Shown: positions 19,661 to 29,174 of the stretch, piece after piece | Position numbering within the stretch: position 1 is the first letter of the stretch | Layout: each line of letters begins with the position of its first letter | Assembly (NCBI GenBank): GCA_051003195.1 | Contig: JBPCLP010000020.1 | Coordinates: 1 to 64,000, forward strand | Direction: 5' to 3' | Length of the DNA: 64,000 bases | Source of the DNA: Candidatus Sumerlaeaceae bacterium | GTDB lineage: Bacteria; Sumerlaeota; Sumerlaeia; Sumerlaeales; Sumerlaeaceae | The notes under the pieces: generated by a model | What the model saw: only the letters and a program-made list of their open reading frames with translations | Told to the model about the DNA's origin: nothing | Database searches by the model: none | Made by a program: the position numbers and the translations under genes

Positions 19661-20698
19661 CTATTGCAAAGCCGCGCCCAGCCGTGCAAGCTGCCGTGCG
19701 TATGCCGATGCTCTATCGGATTTTCCATTCGTGGCAGCCACCGGCTTCGCCACCGATGCTTCGACAGGCTGGGTTGGACTCGCAGCAGAAGCCACCTGCT
19801 TCCCGGAGAACCGAACCTCAGGGCTCCGCATGGAGCCGACAAGTTCGAAACTAGGTAGCTGTACCAGTTGTGCATTCGCTGCTGGCGCTGTGTTGTTCTT
19901 GAAACTGTTGAGTATGTTCTTCACCTGAAAGAAGGCCGACTTCTGCGCGATCTCCTGGCTGACGTTCCCTTCAAAGCTGAGATTCATTTGCTCCGTTTGA
20001 AGATCGATCGCACCGCTTCCTACCAGTTGAACGTCCGGTCCCGTGATTCTTAGTTCCGAGAGCTGAATGTTACCGTCGGTCGCTGTGCCTGCCACATGAG
20101 CCGTATCGAAGGAGATTTTCGTAAGGTCGGTGATACCCGTCGCGTTCGCGATCTTCTCCAGAAGCGCTCGTTCCGTGATAACGCCTGGAGCCAGCGCGAA
20201 GTCAAAGTCTCCGGTCAGCGTCGTGCTAATGGTGTCAAGTCCAACGCCTTGCCAGGCACCCGCAACTGTGCCACTCAACTGCAGTCCGGATATCACGGGA
20301 CGCAACGCTGCAGGTGCGAGGAGGCTCAGAATCTGATCCACTGCGACATTTGCGACATTCACATTCATGTGCTGCCGCTCACTGTCACCACCAGTTGGGT
20401 TCACGCGGCCCCGCATCTCAACTTTTCCACCGGCCAGGCGCCCATGGAACCCGGTCAGCACCATTTCGCCGCCTTCGATGCGCGTCTGCATCCCACCACC
20501 CTGCACCCGAACGCGGGTACCGGTGTGGTTGCGACCCGGTGTCAATTTGAGATCAGCAGCTTTGGTACTATTGGCGTTCTCTCCGGCGGAGAGGTTGGTA
20601 TTGGTCGCAAGTGCAGCAATTCCAGCCATAATGGCGACCGAAACCGTCCGGTGCCGCGCGCGGTTAATTAACCGTAGGCAATTATTTACTTTAGTCAT
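19661..20698 (-). CDS. Secreted AsmA-like C-terminal domain protein
   Basis: Signal-like N-terminus; beta-rich repeats; DGNIQLSELRITGPDVQLVGSGAIDL and LVGSMRSPEV resemble AsmA_2 ends. Confidence 0.6.
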   Translation of the reverse strand: MTKVNNCLRLINRARHRTVSVAIMAGIAALATNTNLSAGENANSTKAADLKLTPGRNHTGTRVRVQGGGMQTRIEGGEMVLTGFHGRLAGGKVEMRGRVNPTGGDSERQHMNVNVANVAVDQILSLLAPAALRPVISGLQLSGTVAGAWQGVGLDTISTTLTGDFDFALAPGVITERALLEKIANATGITDLTKISFDTAHVAGTATDGNIQLSELRITGPDVQLVGSGAIDLQTEQMNLSFEGNVSQEIAQKSAFFQVKNILNSFKNNTAPAANAQLVQLPSFELVGSMRSPEVRFSGKQVASAASPTQPVEASVAKPVAATNGKSDRASAYARQLARLGAALQ

Positions 20699-20812
20699 GT
20701 ACTTAGAGACAATGCCAGCGCGAACGTATTCATTGTTCGAGGGGATATCCAGGAACCAGAGCTAGTATATGTCAAGCCTGGGAGATTGCTTCAATTAACC
20801 AGAAAACTCGTG

Positions 20813-22119
20813 TCAGGGCAGCTGGCTGTACGCCGGCTCGCCCGTGACGGGCAACAGCACCTGGAACACCGTACCGACACCAACTGCGCTCTCCAGACGG
20901 ATCAGGCCGCCATGCTCTTCGATCATTTTTCGCGTCGCTGGCAACCCGATGCCGGTGCCACGGGACCCCTTGGTGCTGTAAAACAGCTCCCAGATTTTGT
21001 CGCGGACATGCTCCGGTATTCCGCCGCCGTTGTCTTCCACGCGAATTTCCATCCATTCCACGGCCTCTTCAGAGTCCTGCGTGGTGATGCCTGCGCTCTC
21101 GCGGGTGAGAATCCGCGCGGACAGTTCGACAAAGCCTCCGCCGGAGGCCTGGTGGTGTTCACCTGCGGCCTCTCGACTGCGTTCGTGACCAGGTTGAGCA
21201 CTGCACGAAGGATCTGGTCTGCGTCACCGTGAAACGACAGCTGCGGCGCCAGTGTCTTAAACTCGAGGCGCACGTTCAACGTTTCTGCCTTAAACTCCAG
21301 CGTCTGCGTCACGTCGCGAAGCATCCTCGCCACATCAAACGTGTCACGCATCGGCTCGCGCTCTTTCGAGTAATCGAGCAGATCGAGTACAAGGTTGCCC
21401 AGGATTCCGGTATTGCGTTTGAGAAGATCAAAACCCTGCCGCATGAGGTCGTCGTTGTCCTGGTCCAGGCCCATCTGCGTGATCCCCAGCCCGCCCTTCA
21501 CTCCCGCCAGGATGTTTTTAATACAATGGCTGATTCCCGAAACCGTCTGCCCAACCGCTGCAAGCCGTTCCTTTTGAAGCAATTCGTCGTGTAAGCGGCG
21601 GTTTTCGATAACGATGGCTGCCTGCCCCGCGAGTATGGAGCATACCTCCATCTCTTCCTCGGCAAACTGCTTCCGGTCTGAGTTTCCCGTGCGGTTGAGG
21701 TTCATCGTCCCGATGACATTTCCCCGCGCAATCAGCGGAACACACATGGCCGAGCGAATCTTGCGTGGAGTGCTGGTTTCATCCGCCATACTCTCATAGT
21801 TCCGCGTGCGCGGCGTGTCGTTCAGGATCAGCGGACGGCGCTCGCGAAGTACATATTCGCTGATGGAGCCCTTACGCCCCACGTATCCGCGCTTGACGAT
21901 TTCCTCGGGCAAACCACGCGCCGCCAGCATTTTCAGGTGACCCTGGGCGTGTTCTTCATCACCCTGCAGCAACAGGAGAGAGCCCTGATCCGCGTGCAGT
22001 TCACGTAACGATGTGGTAAGGATGACATCCAGTACGTCTTCGAAGCTGCGGGCGCTTGCCAGAACTTCGAAGACATCCCGGAAAGAATAGTGCCCTGGGG
22101 TGGTGCTTTGCTCACTCAT
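20813..22119 (-). pseudogene. GAF-HisKA-HATPase sensor histidine kinase split by a frameshift
   Basis: GAF, H-box (GISHCIKNIL) and N-box (LNLVTNAVE) lie in ORF 20923-22158; G-boxes (VEDNGGGI, FYSTKGSRGTGIGL) lie in another frame ending at 20813; a 2-nt excess near 21170-21174 joins them. Confidence 0.8.
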
Positions 22120-22243
22120 GCGGTCAATCGTAGCGTTTTGGCGGCTCAGGTAAAGCAAAACCGTGCGTGATTACTGTGCGTTTGTGCTTGGCATCGGCGC
22201 GGCCCTGTTTTCACCACAAGGCAATCGGTGCGGGAGAATTGCA

Positions 22244-23008
22244 ATGCGCGTAGTGGTGCTGGGATCTGGAACGTCAGCGGGCGTGCCGACGCTGGGCTGC
22301 CGTTGCAGCGTGTGCACCTCGTCGGACTACCGGAACCGACGCATGCGCGCGGCCATCTACATCGAACACGAAGGTTTGCGTCTTCTGGTGGATTGCGGCC
22401 CCGATTTCCGGACACAGGCGCTGAGCAATGGAATCCATGATCTCGACGCACTTTTGCTCACGCACACGCACTCGGACCACGTCAACGGCCTGGACGACCT
22501 GCGCGCCTATAACATGATTCATAAGCACCCGATTGATGTCTATGCCTCCGCCCCGGCACTGGACGACATACGTACCCGCTTCGCTTACTGCTTCCAGCCG
22601 CCCCCGGTCGGGGGAGGAATTCCCGAGCTTCATCTGAAGGAAATCCAACCGGGCAAGCCACAGCGCATCGGGCCCCTGGAGGTTTTGCCGCTTGGCGTCA
22701 TGCACGGCAGAGCACCGATCCTCGCCTTTCGCTTCGGCCCGTTCGCCTACCTCACGGACGTTAGTGCTGTGCCTGAAGAAACCGTCGCGGCGCTGCAGGG
22801 CGTCCAGGTTCTCATCACCAGCGCGCTTCGCCATCGCCCGCATCCGACACACATGAGCCTTGGCGAAGCACTGGAGCTGACCGAGCGGATCCGTCCCCGG
22901 CGGACCTGGTTCACCCACATGTCCCACGACCTCGAACACGCCGCGACCAACGCCCAACTGCCCCCCGGTATACAGCTCGCGTACGACGGCCTGAGTTTCG
23001 AGGCGTGA
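22244..23008 (+). CDS. MBL-fold metallo-hydrolase (PhnP-like phosphodiesterase)
   Basis: LGSGTSAGVP, CRCSVC, DCGPDFR, THTHSDHVNGLDD, THMSH. Confidence 0.9.
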   Translation: MRVVVLGSGTSAGVPTLGCRCSVCTSSDYRNRRMRAAIYIEHEGLRLLVDCGPDFRTQALSNGIHDLDALLLTHTHSDHVNGLDDLRAYNMIHKHPIDVYASAPALDDIRTRFAYCFQPPPVGGGIPELHLKEIQPGKPQRIGPLEVLPLGVMHGRAPILAFRFGPFAYLTDVSAVPEETVAALQGVQVLITSALRHRPHPTHMSLGEALELTERIRPRRTWFTHMSHDLEHAATNAQLPPGIQLAYDGLSFEA

Positions 23009-23101
23009 GGCGTCCGTAAGGCCGACGCTAACGGGCCTTCTGCCTTAAACTCCCGCCTAAAGGCATCAATTTCTCGATGCATTTGGGCGCGCGTCGATTC
23101 G

Positions 23102-23116
23102 GGGCACGGCTTTCGC
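23102..23116 (+). promoter_or_regulatory. Weak candidate sigma-54 promoter
   Basis: GGGCAC-GGCTT-TCGC with GG-N10-GC spacing, 55 nt upstream of ATG 23171. Confidence 0.3.
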
Positions 23117-23170
23117 GCAGGGCTAGGGCGCTGTGCTCGCGTAGCACGGCATATCGAAAGCGAGGATTTT

Positions 23171-23785
23171 ATGAGTATCGTATCAAAACTGCCTCTGGCA
23201 GCCGCATTATTGCTGACTGCCAGCGTTGCAGTTGGGCAGGGAACCGTTACTACGACGGAGAAAACCACGACCAACCAATCGTCGGCAACAGGCGGCGTTG
23301 TTTCGTCAACGACCACCAACGAGACCACCACGTATGAAACCCGGCTGGAAGCGGCGTACCGCGCTGCTGGCCTGGCCGAGGCAGACCTGGCCCGCGTGAA
23401 AGCGCTTGATCTGAAAGCTCGCGAAGCACGCCGCGCCGGCGAGACAGCCCGTGTGAAGGAATACTACACGGAACAGGTGCGGATTGTAAAGCCGGAGCAG
23501 CAGCAGCGTGTATACCGCTACTTCCAGCAGAACCCGTATCCCGCAACGTACAAAGTTCCTGCTCATGAGCGCACCACCTGGGAGGAGTACTACACTCCTG
23601 GCGTTGGCTTTACAACCCCGATCCTCGGCGCATCCGTTGGCGGCGGCGCGGGCGTTCAGGTAACGACTCCAATCGGCGGCATCGGCATTGGCGCCCCGGC
23701 AGGAACGGTCCCGGCTTCGTCACACGTGGTCGAACGTACGGAAACTGTACCCGCCACGACGGTAGTGGTTCCGGCTCAACGCTAA
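23171..23785 (+). CDS. Secreted hypothetical protein (Thr-rich N-terminus, Gly-rich C-terminus)
   Basis: GAGGA SD; signal peptide; followed by an intrinsic terminator. Confidence 0.75.
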   Translation: MSIVSKLPLAAALLLTASVAVGQGTVTTTEKTTTNQSSATGGVVSSTTTNETTTYETRLEAAYRAAGLAEADLARVKALDLKAREARRAGETARVKEYYTEQVRIVKPEQQQRVYRYFQQNPYPATYKVPAHERTTWEEYYTPGVGFTTPILGASVGGGAGVQVTTPIGGIGIGAPAGTVPASSHVVERTETVPATTVVVPAQR

Positions 23786-23811
23786 AACGATCTAACTTTA
23801 ACCGGATGGAT

Positions 23812-23851
23812 AACGGAGGAAACCGAGACCGGTTTCCTCCGTTTCTTTTTT
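23812..23851 (+). terminator. Rho-independent terminator
   Basis: 14-bp stem AACGGAGGAAACCG / CGGTTTCCTCCGTT, 4-nt loop, T-tract. Confidence 0.85.
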
Positions 23852-23990
23852 GAATCACCCGGTGCCTGGATCGCTTCCTTGTTAGCAATTGCATGCCTTT
23901 GAATCCACCCTCACCTTATCCACGGCTTCAGACTTGGAATCGGTCTTTTATTTTGAATCCACTATTTTGAATTTATAATTTACGGATATC

Positions 23991-25649
23991 GTGATCCTCC
24001 GCTCAGCCTCGGCTATCTTCGCTTCTGTCCTTCTTTTGTGCCTGCTCACGACGGGCGGGCACCTCTACTCGCCCGACGAAGAGATCATGTTCCGCGTAAC
24101 CGAGTCGCTGGCGACGCGCGGGGCACTTGACGTAGAACCGATTCGTGATCCCGCGGGCGGGACCTTCGCCACGAAAGCAGGCATCAACGGCCTCGAATAC
24201 GCGCAGTATGGCGTGGGAAATTCGCTCGCGGCTGTTCCGCTGTACTGGCTGGGGGCGCTCGCCTGCAAAATGATACCGGATTCGCGCGCGGAAAAGCTGC
24301 TTCATTTCCAGACGACCGACTATGTTCCCGACGCGCCCCTGCCGGGTCACGCACGCCTGAAACGCTTCATGGTTTCTTTTCTTGGCGCGCTGATTGCCGC
24401 CGCCACTGCAGCGCTGCTCTGGAAATTCGCTTACGCAGTGGCGCCGCCGCCCCTGGATTCTTCAATCGAGCCTGACGAAGAGTCTTCCGAACGCGCATCG
24501 GAACTGAACCGACGCCGCGCAGCAGGACTCGTTGCACTGACCTATATTCTTGCGACCATGGCCTGGCCCCAGTCGCGCACCTTCTTCTCGGAACCACTTG
24601 CCACCTTCTTCTGCCTTCTCAGTTTTTACTATCTCGCAGTTCCCGGCCCTGCCTCATCTCTCACACACCACCGTGCGTTTTTGTCCGGCATGGCACTCGC
24701 CGCCGCGCTGCTTACGCGCATGGACTCAGCCATCGTGCTGCCTGCCATTGCGCTTTTAATGCTGTCACGGCTACCCACCGGCGGAGTCGCTCCCATCGAA
24801 ACCTCAACCTGGCGCGACCGCATCGTCGACTGGGTGGAGGAACGCTTCACGTGGACCAACATCGCCACGCTTTTCACGTTCGGGCTTCCCGTGCTGGCAT
24901 TCGGCCTCTGGTACTTCGCGATGAATCACATCCATTTCGGCGATGCGTTCACGACCGCGTATGCCGACCAGCGCGAAGGCGTGAACTTTACAACGCCTGC
25001 CCTCGCGGGGCTTTATGGGTTTTTCATGAGCATCGGCAAGAGCATGTTCCTTTTCTCGCCCGGGATGCTCCTTGGGATTGCAGGTTATGCCGCATTTCGC
25101 CGAAATCACCCGGCACTCGCATGGTCGCTTCTACTCGTGATTGCGCTCAAGATCTTCGTTCATAGCAAGTGGCAGAACTGGGCGGGTGGATGGTGCTGGG
25201 GCCCGCGACACATCTTCCTCATCCATCCCTTTGCAATTCTGCCGGCAGTCGCGTTTTTCGCCGCGGCAGTTACCATTGGACGCCGGCTCCTGGCGGACGC
25301 TGTGCTTCTCGTCGGCATCTTCGTGCAGCTGTACGGGTGCTCGCAGAACTTCATCGACTACTACATCCTCTACTTTCGCACCCCTGCTACGCCCCCGATT
25401 GCGACCGTCATGTACGCGGCCGACGACACCGCACCGGGGATCATGCGCCTGCTGCGCGCCAATCCTGGTACCGGACAGATGGAACCCGTATCCTTCGCCC
25501 AGCTCGTCGCGCCGATTAACGACAGCATCTACGTGCCCCAGAATTCGCAGTGGTACCGTTACGCCGAGATGTGGGACCGCGGTTACACCGACAACCTCTG
25601 GCTCCGCCTGCTCCAGCGCTCCAGCGGCAAGGAACCGCCCATCCGCTGA
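23991..25649 (+). CDS. GT-C-type membrane glycosyltransferase (putative lipid-linked-sugar mannosyltransferase-like)
   Basis: SPDEE acidic first loop, YAQYGVGNSL, FFSEPLA, WAGGWCWGPRH; many TM helices. Confidence 0.7.
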   Translation: MILRSASAIFASVLLLCLLTTGGHLYSPDEEIMFRVTESLATRGALDVEPIRDPAGGTFATKAGINGLEYAQYGVGNSLAAVPLYWLGALACKMIPDSRAEKLLHFQTTDYVPDAPLPGHARLKRFMVSFLGALIAAATAALLWKFAYAVAPPPLDSSIEPDEESSERASELNRRRAAGLVALTYILATMAWPQSRTFFSEPLATFFCLLSFYYLAVPGPASSLTHHRAFLSGMALAAALLTRMDSAIVLPAIALLMLSRLPTGGVAPIETSTWRDRIVDWVEERFTWTNIATLFTFGLPVLAFGLWYFAMNHIHFGDAFTTAYADQREGVNFTTPALAGLYGFFMSIGKSMFLFSPGMLLGIAGYAAFRRNHPALAWSLLLVIALKIFVHSKWQNWAGGWCWGPRHIFLIHPFAILPAVAFFAAAVTIGRRLLADAVLLVGIFVQLYGCSQNFIDYYILYFRTPATPPIATVMYAADDTAPGIMRLLRANPGTGQMEPVSFAQLVAPINDSIYVPQNSQWYRYAEMWDRGYTDNLWLRLLQRSSGKEPPIR

Positions 25650-25722
25650 ACGAATTATCCCCGCGGTCTCTCTGCGAGAGTTTCGACCGCACCAAATGCC
25701 TTGAACAACCAACTGTAAGATC

Positions 25723-27339
25723 ATGCCGTTGCCGAACGACTTTCCCATGCCAACAACTGCAACCCCGCCAAGGAGTAACCCGTTGAACTCAAGTCATCTA
25801 CTCAGATGCGCATCCCTGCTGGTTCTTTTCATTATCGCAGCTACCCCGGCTTTCGCGGCAGATGTCGATGTCGCCGCGCGCCTCGCCAGCCAGGGCGTCA
25901 TCCTCACGCTGCTCGGCGTGTTCGGTGCCGGCATCCTGGTCAGTCTCACGCCGTGCCTTTACCCCATGATACCCATCACCCTCAGCATCATCGGCGCCCG
26001 CTCCGCGGGCCAGAAGCCGCTTACCGGCTTTCTCCGCTCGTTTGTGTTCGTGCTCGGCATTGCAGTCGTCTACACGGCGCTTGGCCTCGTAGCGGTATCC
26101 TTCGGCAAATCGATCGATTTCCTCCTGCGCTACAAAACCTTCTGGCTGCTCCTGGCGCTCTTTTTTATAGCGATGGGCATCAGCATGTTGGGCGCGTTCC
26201 AGATCCAGTTGCCGGCCCGCTTTACCGGAAAGCTTCAAGGCTCCACCAGTGGCAAAGGCGGTTTCATTGGTGCATTCCTGATCGGGCTGGTTACCGGCGT
26301 GGCTGCATCGCCTTGTGGCAGCCCGGTGCTCGCCGGACTCATGGCCTTCGGGGCCCAGAACTCGAATCGACCTGTTCTCATCGTCAGCCTGTTCTTCGCC
26401 TATGCTTTTGGGATGGGTATGCTCTTTATGGTCCTGGGCACTTTCCCCGCGTTCCTCAAGTCCATGCCGAAATCCGGCGGCTGGATGGACGACGTGAAAA
26501 AGTTTCTTGGCGCAGTTCTGATTGGTGTTGGTCTTTACTACCTTCAAAACGCGATGCGTGCAATGCCGGGGCTTTACTGGCTCATTGTGATCGCCACGGC
26601 GCTCGCGGGCGGGCTCTACATCGCAATTAAAGCTCAGGCCCGCCGCAACACTCCCGGCCTGCTGCTGGCATGGCGCATCACCGGAGTCGCACTGGCGCTT
26701 TTCGCGATCTATGCGGCAGTTGCCAAGTTCCCGCTGATGCTGCAAAGCGGAACGCGTTCGGTGGCGACAAATGGGAGACCTGTTTACAGTCCTGAGAAAT
26801 TGATTGCGGAAGCGAAGAGCGTGCTGAGCGACGACCAGAAGTTTGCGCAGCTTGCGAAGCAAAGCTCGCCTGCGCAGCCGGCATCGGCGACCGCGCCCGT
26901 AGCAAAAATCCAGGGGGAACCACCGCACCCCGCCGAAGCCCCTAAACCCGCGGACACGCAGGCCGCGCCTGCCGCAGCGCCTGCCTCTCATGCCGACTGG
27001 CTGACCGACGAGCCCGTTGGCCTCGCCCTTGCGAAAAAAGAAGGCAAACCGGTCATCATCGACTTCGGCGCGGAATGGTGCGCGGCGTGCAAAGAGCTCG
27101 AGCGCGATACGTTCCCCATCTCTCCCGTGGCGGAGGAACTGCAGAAGTTTGTCAAAGTTCGGATCGACTGCACCGAAGCGAGCGACGCAACGGACGCGCT
27201 TCAGAAAAAATACGGCTCGACCTCGCTTCCTACCGTGGCGTTCATCGGCAAGGATGGAAAGTGGAAAAAAGACCTTACTCTCTTCACGTTTGAAAAACCG
27301 GACAAATTCCTCGAGCGGTTGAAGAAGGTTCAGCAGTAA
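25723..27339 (+). CDS. dsbD: DsbD/CcdA transmembrane domain fused to thioredoxin (thiol:disulfide interchange protein lacking the DsbD alpha domain)
   Basis: SLTPCLYPMIPI, ASPCGSP, PKSGGWM, IDFGAEWCAACK. Confidence 0.85.
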   Translation: MPLPNDFPMPTTATPPRSNPLNSSHLLRCASLLVLFIIAATPAFAADVDVAARLASQGVILTLLGVFGAGILVSLTPCLYPMIPITLSIIGARSAGQKPLTGFLRSFVFVLGIAVVYTALGLVAVSFGKSIDFLLRYKTFWLLLALFFIAMGISMLGAFQIQLPARFTGKLQGSTSGKGGFIGAFLIGLVTGVAASPCGSPVLAGLMAFGAQNSNRPVLIVSLFFAYAFGMGMLFMVLGTFPAFLKSMPKSGGWMDDVKKFLGAVLIGVGLYYLQNAMRAMPGLYWLIVIATALAGGLYIAIKAQARRNTPGLLLAWRITGVALALFAIYAAVAKFPLMLQSGTRSVATNGRPVYSPEKLIAEAKSVLSDDQKFAQLAKQSSPAQPASATAPVAKIQGEPPHPAEAPKPADTQAAPAAAPASHADWLTDEPVGLALAKKEGKPVIIDFGAEWCAACKELERDTFPISPVAEELQKFVKVRIDCTEASDATDALQKKYGSTSLPTVAFIGKDGKWKKDLTLFTFEKPDKFLERLKKVQQ

Positions 27340-27346
27340 CGCTTCC

Positions 27347-27442
27347 ATGGCACCTCTCGCCAGGATCCTTATTATCGGCGGATTGCTCATGGCGTGGCTT
27401 GGTCGCCTTCCGGGCGACATTCACATCGAGGGAAAAACGTGA
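27347..27442 (+). pseudogene. Truncated DUF2905-like small membrane protein
   Basis: My translation MAPLARILIIGGLLMAWLGRLPGDIHIEGKT* contains the GRLPGDI motif; the expected second TM half is absent and the REP array begins 2 nt after the stop. Confidence 0.6.
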
Positions 27443-28155
27443 CCTGGGAGCGCCGGCATCCTGCCGGCCAAACACCCTGGGAGCGCCGGCATCCTGCCGG
27501 CCAAACACTTGAAGAATCTGAAGGAGCGCGACCAGACGGCAACGAATTGGAACTGTCTGGTCGTGGCTGGTACACGCGCGGCTACCTCCCGCATTTCGAT
27601 AGTCCTGAAAAGATTCAGAGCGTCACGTTCCGGCTATATGATGCTGTACCGCAACAGCTTCTGGACTGCTGGAAGCAGGAGCTGGGCTGGAAATCCGGCC
27701 TGGCGCAAACTGACGACCGCCAGGTAGAGCTAAGAAGAAGACTGGATAAATATGAAGATGCAGGTTATGGGCAGTGCTGGTTGAGATTGGAATCAGTCGC
27801 CGCGCTGGTTCAAAACTCATTGTTGTTTTTTGACCTGCAAAGATATCATCTGCTTGGCTGGACCATTATGCCTAACCATGTTCATGTCGCAATTGATCCA
27901 ATCGCTGGGCACCTGTTGGAGGACATCGTTCATTCGTGGAAATCCTATAGCGCGCTGCATGCGAATAGGATTTTGCAGGGGAAAGGAAAGTTCTGGTTTC
28001 GCGAATATTATGATCGCTACATTCGTGACGGAACACACCTGGCAAGCATCCTGGCTTACATCGATAACAATCCGGTAAAGGCAGGCCTTGTGAGTACGGC
28101 GGCTGAGTGGCGTTTTGGCAGCGCTTATCAAAATAGAACGCGGTCCGTTTCCTGA
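27439..28155 (+). mobile_element. REP-associated tyrosine transposase (RAYT/TnpA-REP, IS200/IS605 HUH Y1 superfamily)
   Basis: RGYLPHFD, VTFRL, HUH motif MPNHVHV, WKSYSA, FWFREYYDRYIRD, catalytic-Tyr helix YIDNNPVKAGL; flanked by inverted REPs; start uncertain (GTG 27439 chosen). Confidence 0.9.
27445..27508 (+). repeat. Left REP array, 2 copies, 33-bp period
   Basis: TGGGAGCGCCGGCATCCTGCCGGCCAAACAC at 27445 and 27478; internal palindrome GCCGGCA-TCC-TGCCGGC. Confidence 0.9.
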
Positions 28156-28156
28156 A

Positions 28157-29050
28157 ATGGACGAGTCAGAAACTGAACAGAATAAAGATCTCGGCCGGCA
28201 GGATGCCAGCGCTCCCAGGGATTTCCTCCAGCAGGATGCCGGCGCTCCCAGGGATCTCCTCCAGCAGGATGCCGGCGCTCCCAGGGATCTCCGTGGGCAG
28301 GATGCCGGCGCTCCCCAGGCCGGTGTCGTCATAGAAAACCTCACGAAGCGTTACGAGGATCTTATCGCCGTCGACAACCTGAACCTTGTCGTGCCGCGCG
28401 GTGAATTCCTGTGCTTTCTGGGTCCGAACGGCGCCGGGAAAACGACAACCATCAAAATGCTGACCGGGCTGATCAAGCCGACTTCCGGACGTGCCTTCAT
28501 TGCAGGCTACGACGTGCAGAAAGATCCCGTAGAGGCAAAGCGTCGCATCGGCTACATTCCAGATCATCCATACCTCTATGAAAAACTCTCCGGCCGCGAG
28601 TTCTTCTACTTCGTCGGGGATCTGTTTTCGATTCCACGCCCTGAGCAGGAGCAAAAGCTAAAGCTGTTCCTGGACATGTTCGGCATGCACAGCGCCGCTG
28701 ACAAATTGATCGAGAACTACAGCCACGGCATGCGCCAGAAACTCGTGATCAGCGCCAGTCTCATGCACGATCCCGAGGTCGTGATTGTGGATGAGCCCAT
28801 GGTGGGGCTCGACCCGCAAAGCGCAAAAATCGTGAAGAATCTGTTTCGGCAACAGACGAATCTTGGCCGTACCGTTTTTCTGTGCACGCACGTGCTCAGC
28901 GTTGCGGAGGAACTGGCGGACCGAATCGGAATCTTCAAGAACGGCAGAATCATTTTCCTGGGAACACTGGCGGAACTGCGTACCCGCCAGCACAGCGACG
29001 CGAATCTCGAGGAACTCTTCCTCGAACTAACCGAATCGCCAGACGAATAA
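28157..29050 (+). CDS. ABC-2 type transporter ATP-binding protein with REP-derived N-terminal repeats
   Basis: GPNGAGKTT, YSHGMRQK, IVDEPMVGLDP; N-terminal QDAGAPRD-type repeats. Confidence 0.9.
   Translation: MDESETEQNKDLGRQDASAPRDFLQQDAGAPRDLLQQDAGAPRDLRGQDAGAPQAGVVIENLTKRYEDLIAVDNLNLVVPRGEFLCFLGPNGAGKTTTIKMLTGLIKPTSGRAFIAGYDVQKDPVEAKRRIGYIPDHPYLYEKLSGREFFYFVGDLFSIPRPEQEQKLKLFLDMFGMHSAADKLIENYSHGMRQKLVISASLMHDPEVVIVDEPMVGLDPQSAKIVKNLFRQQTNLGRTVFLCTHVLSVAEELADRIGIFKNGRIIFLGTLAELRTRQHSDANLEELFLELTESPDE
28193..28316 (-). repeat. Right REP array, 4 inverted copies, 33-bp period
   Basis: GCAGGATGCC(G/A)GCGCTCCC at 28198, 28231, 28264 and 28297, the reverse complement of the left REP core. Confidence 0.9.
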
Positions 29051-29174
29051 CGTTGCCGACACCCAACGGCCACCCGGACACGCACGGCTTTCCGTTGCCG
29101 ACGTCCATCTCGCTGACCATCGCTGCGACACGCAGTCACTTCCTGGATTTTGTAGCCGAACCTGAGCACGCGAA

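Noticed and set aside
25798..27420. 540-aa antisense ORF over dsbD, and similar long shadow ORFs (e.g. 44839-46188, 59457-60473)
   Set aside because: These are opposite-strand shadows of well-supported genes in GC-rich DNA, with no recognisable motifs.
28193..28316. Regularly spaced repeats as a CRISPR array
   Set aside because: The intervening 13-bp segments are short and nearly identical, and the units are inverted copies of the REPs on the other side of a RAYT.
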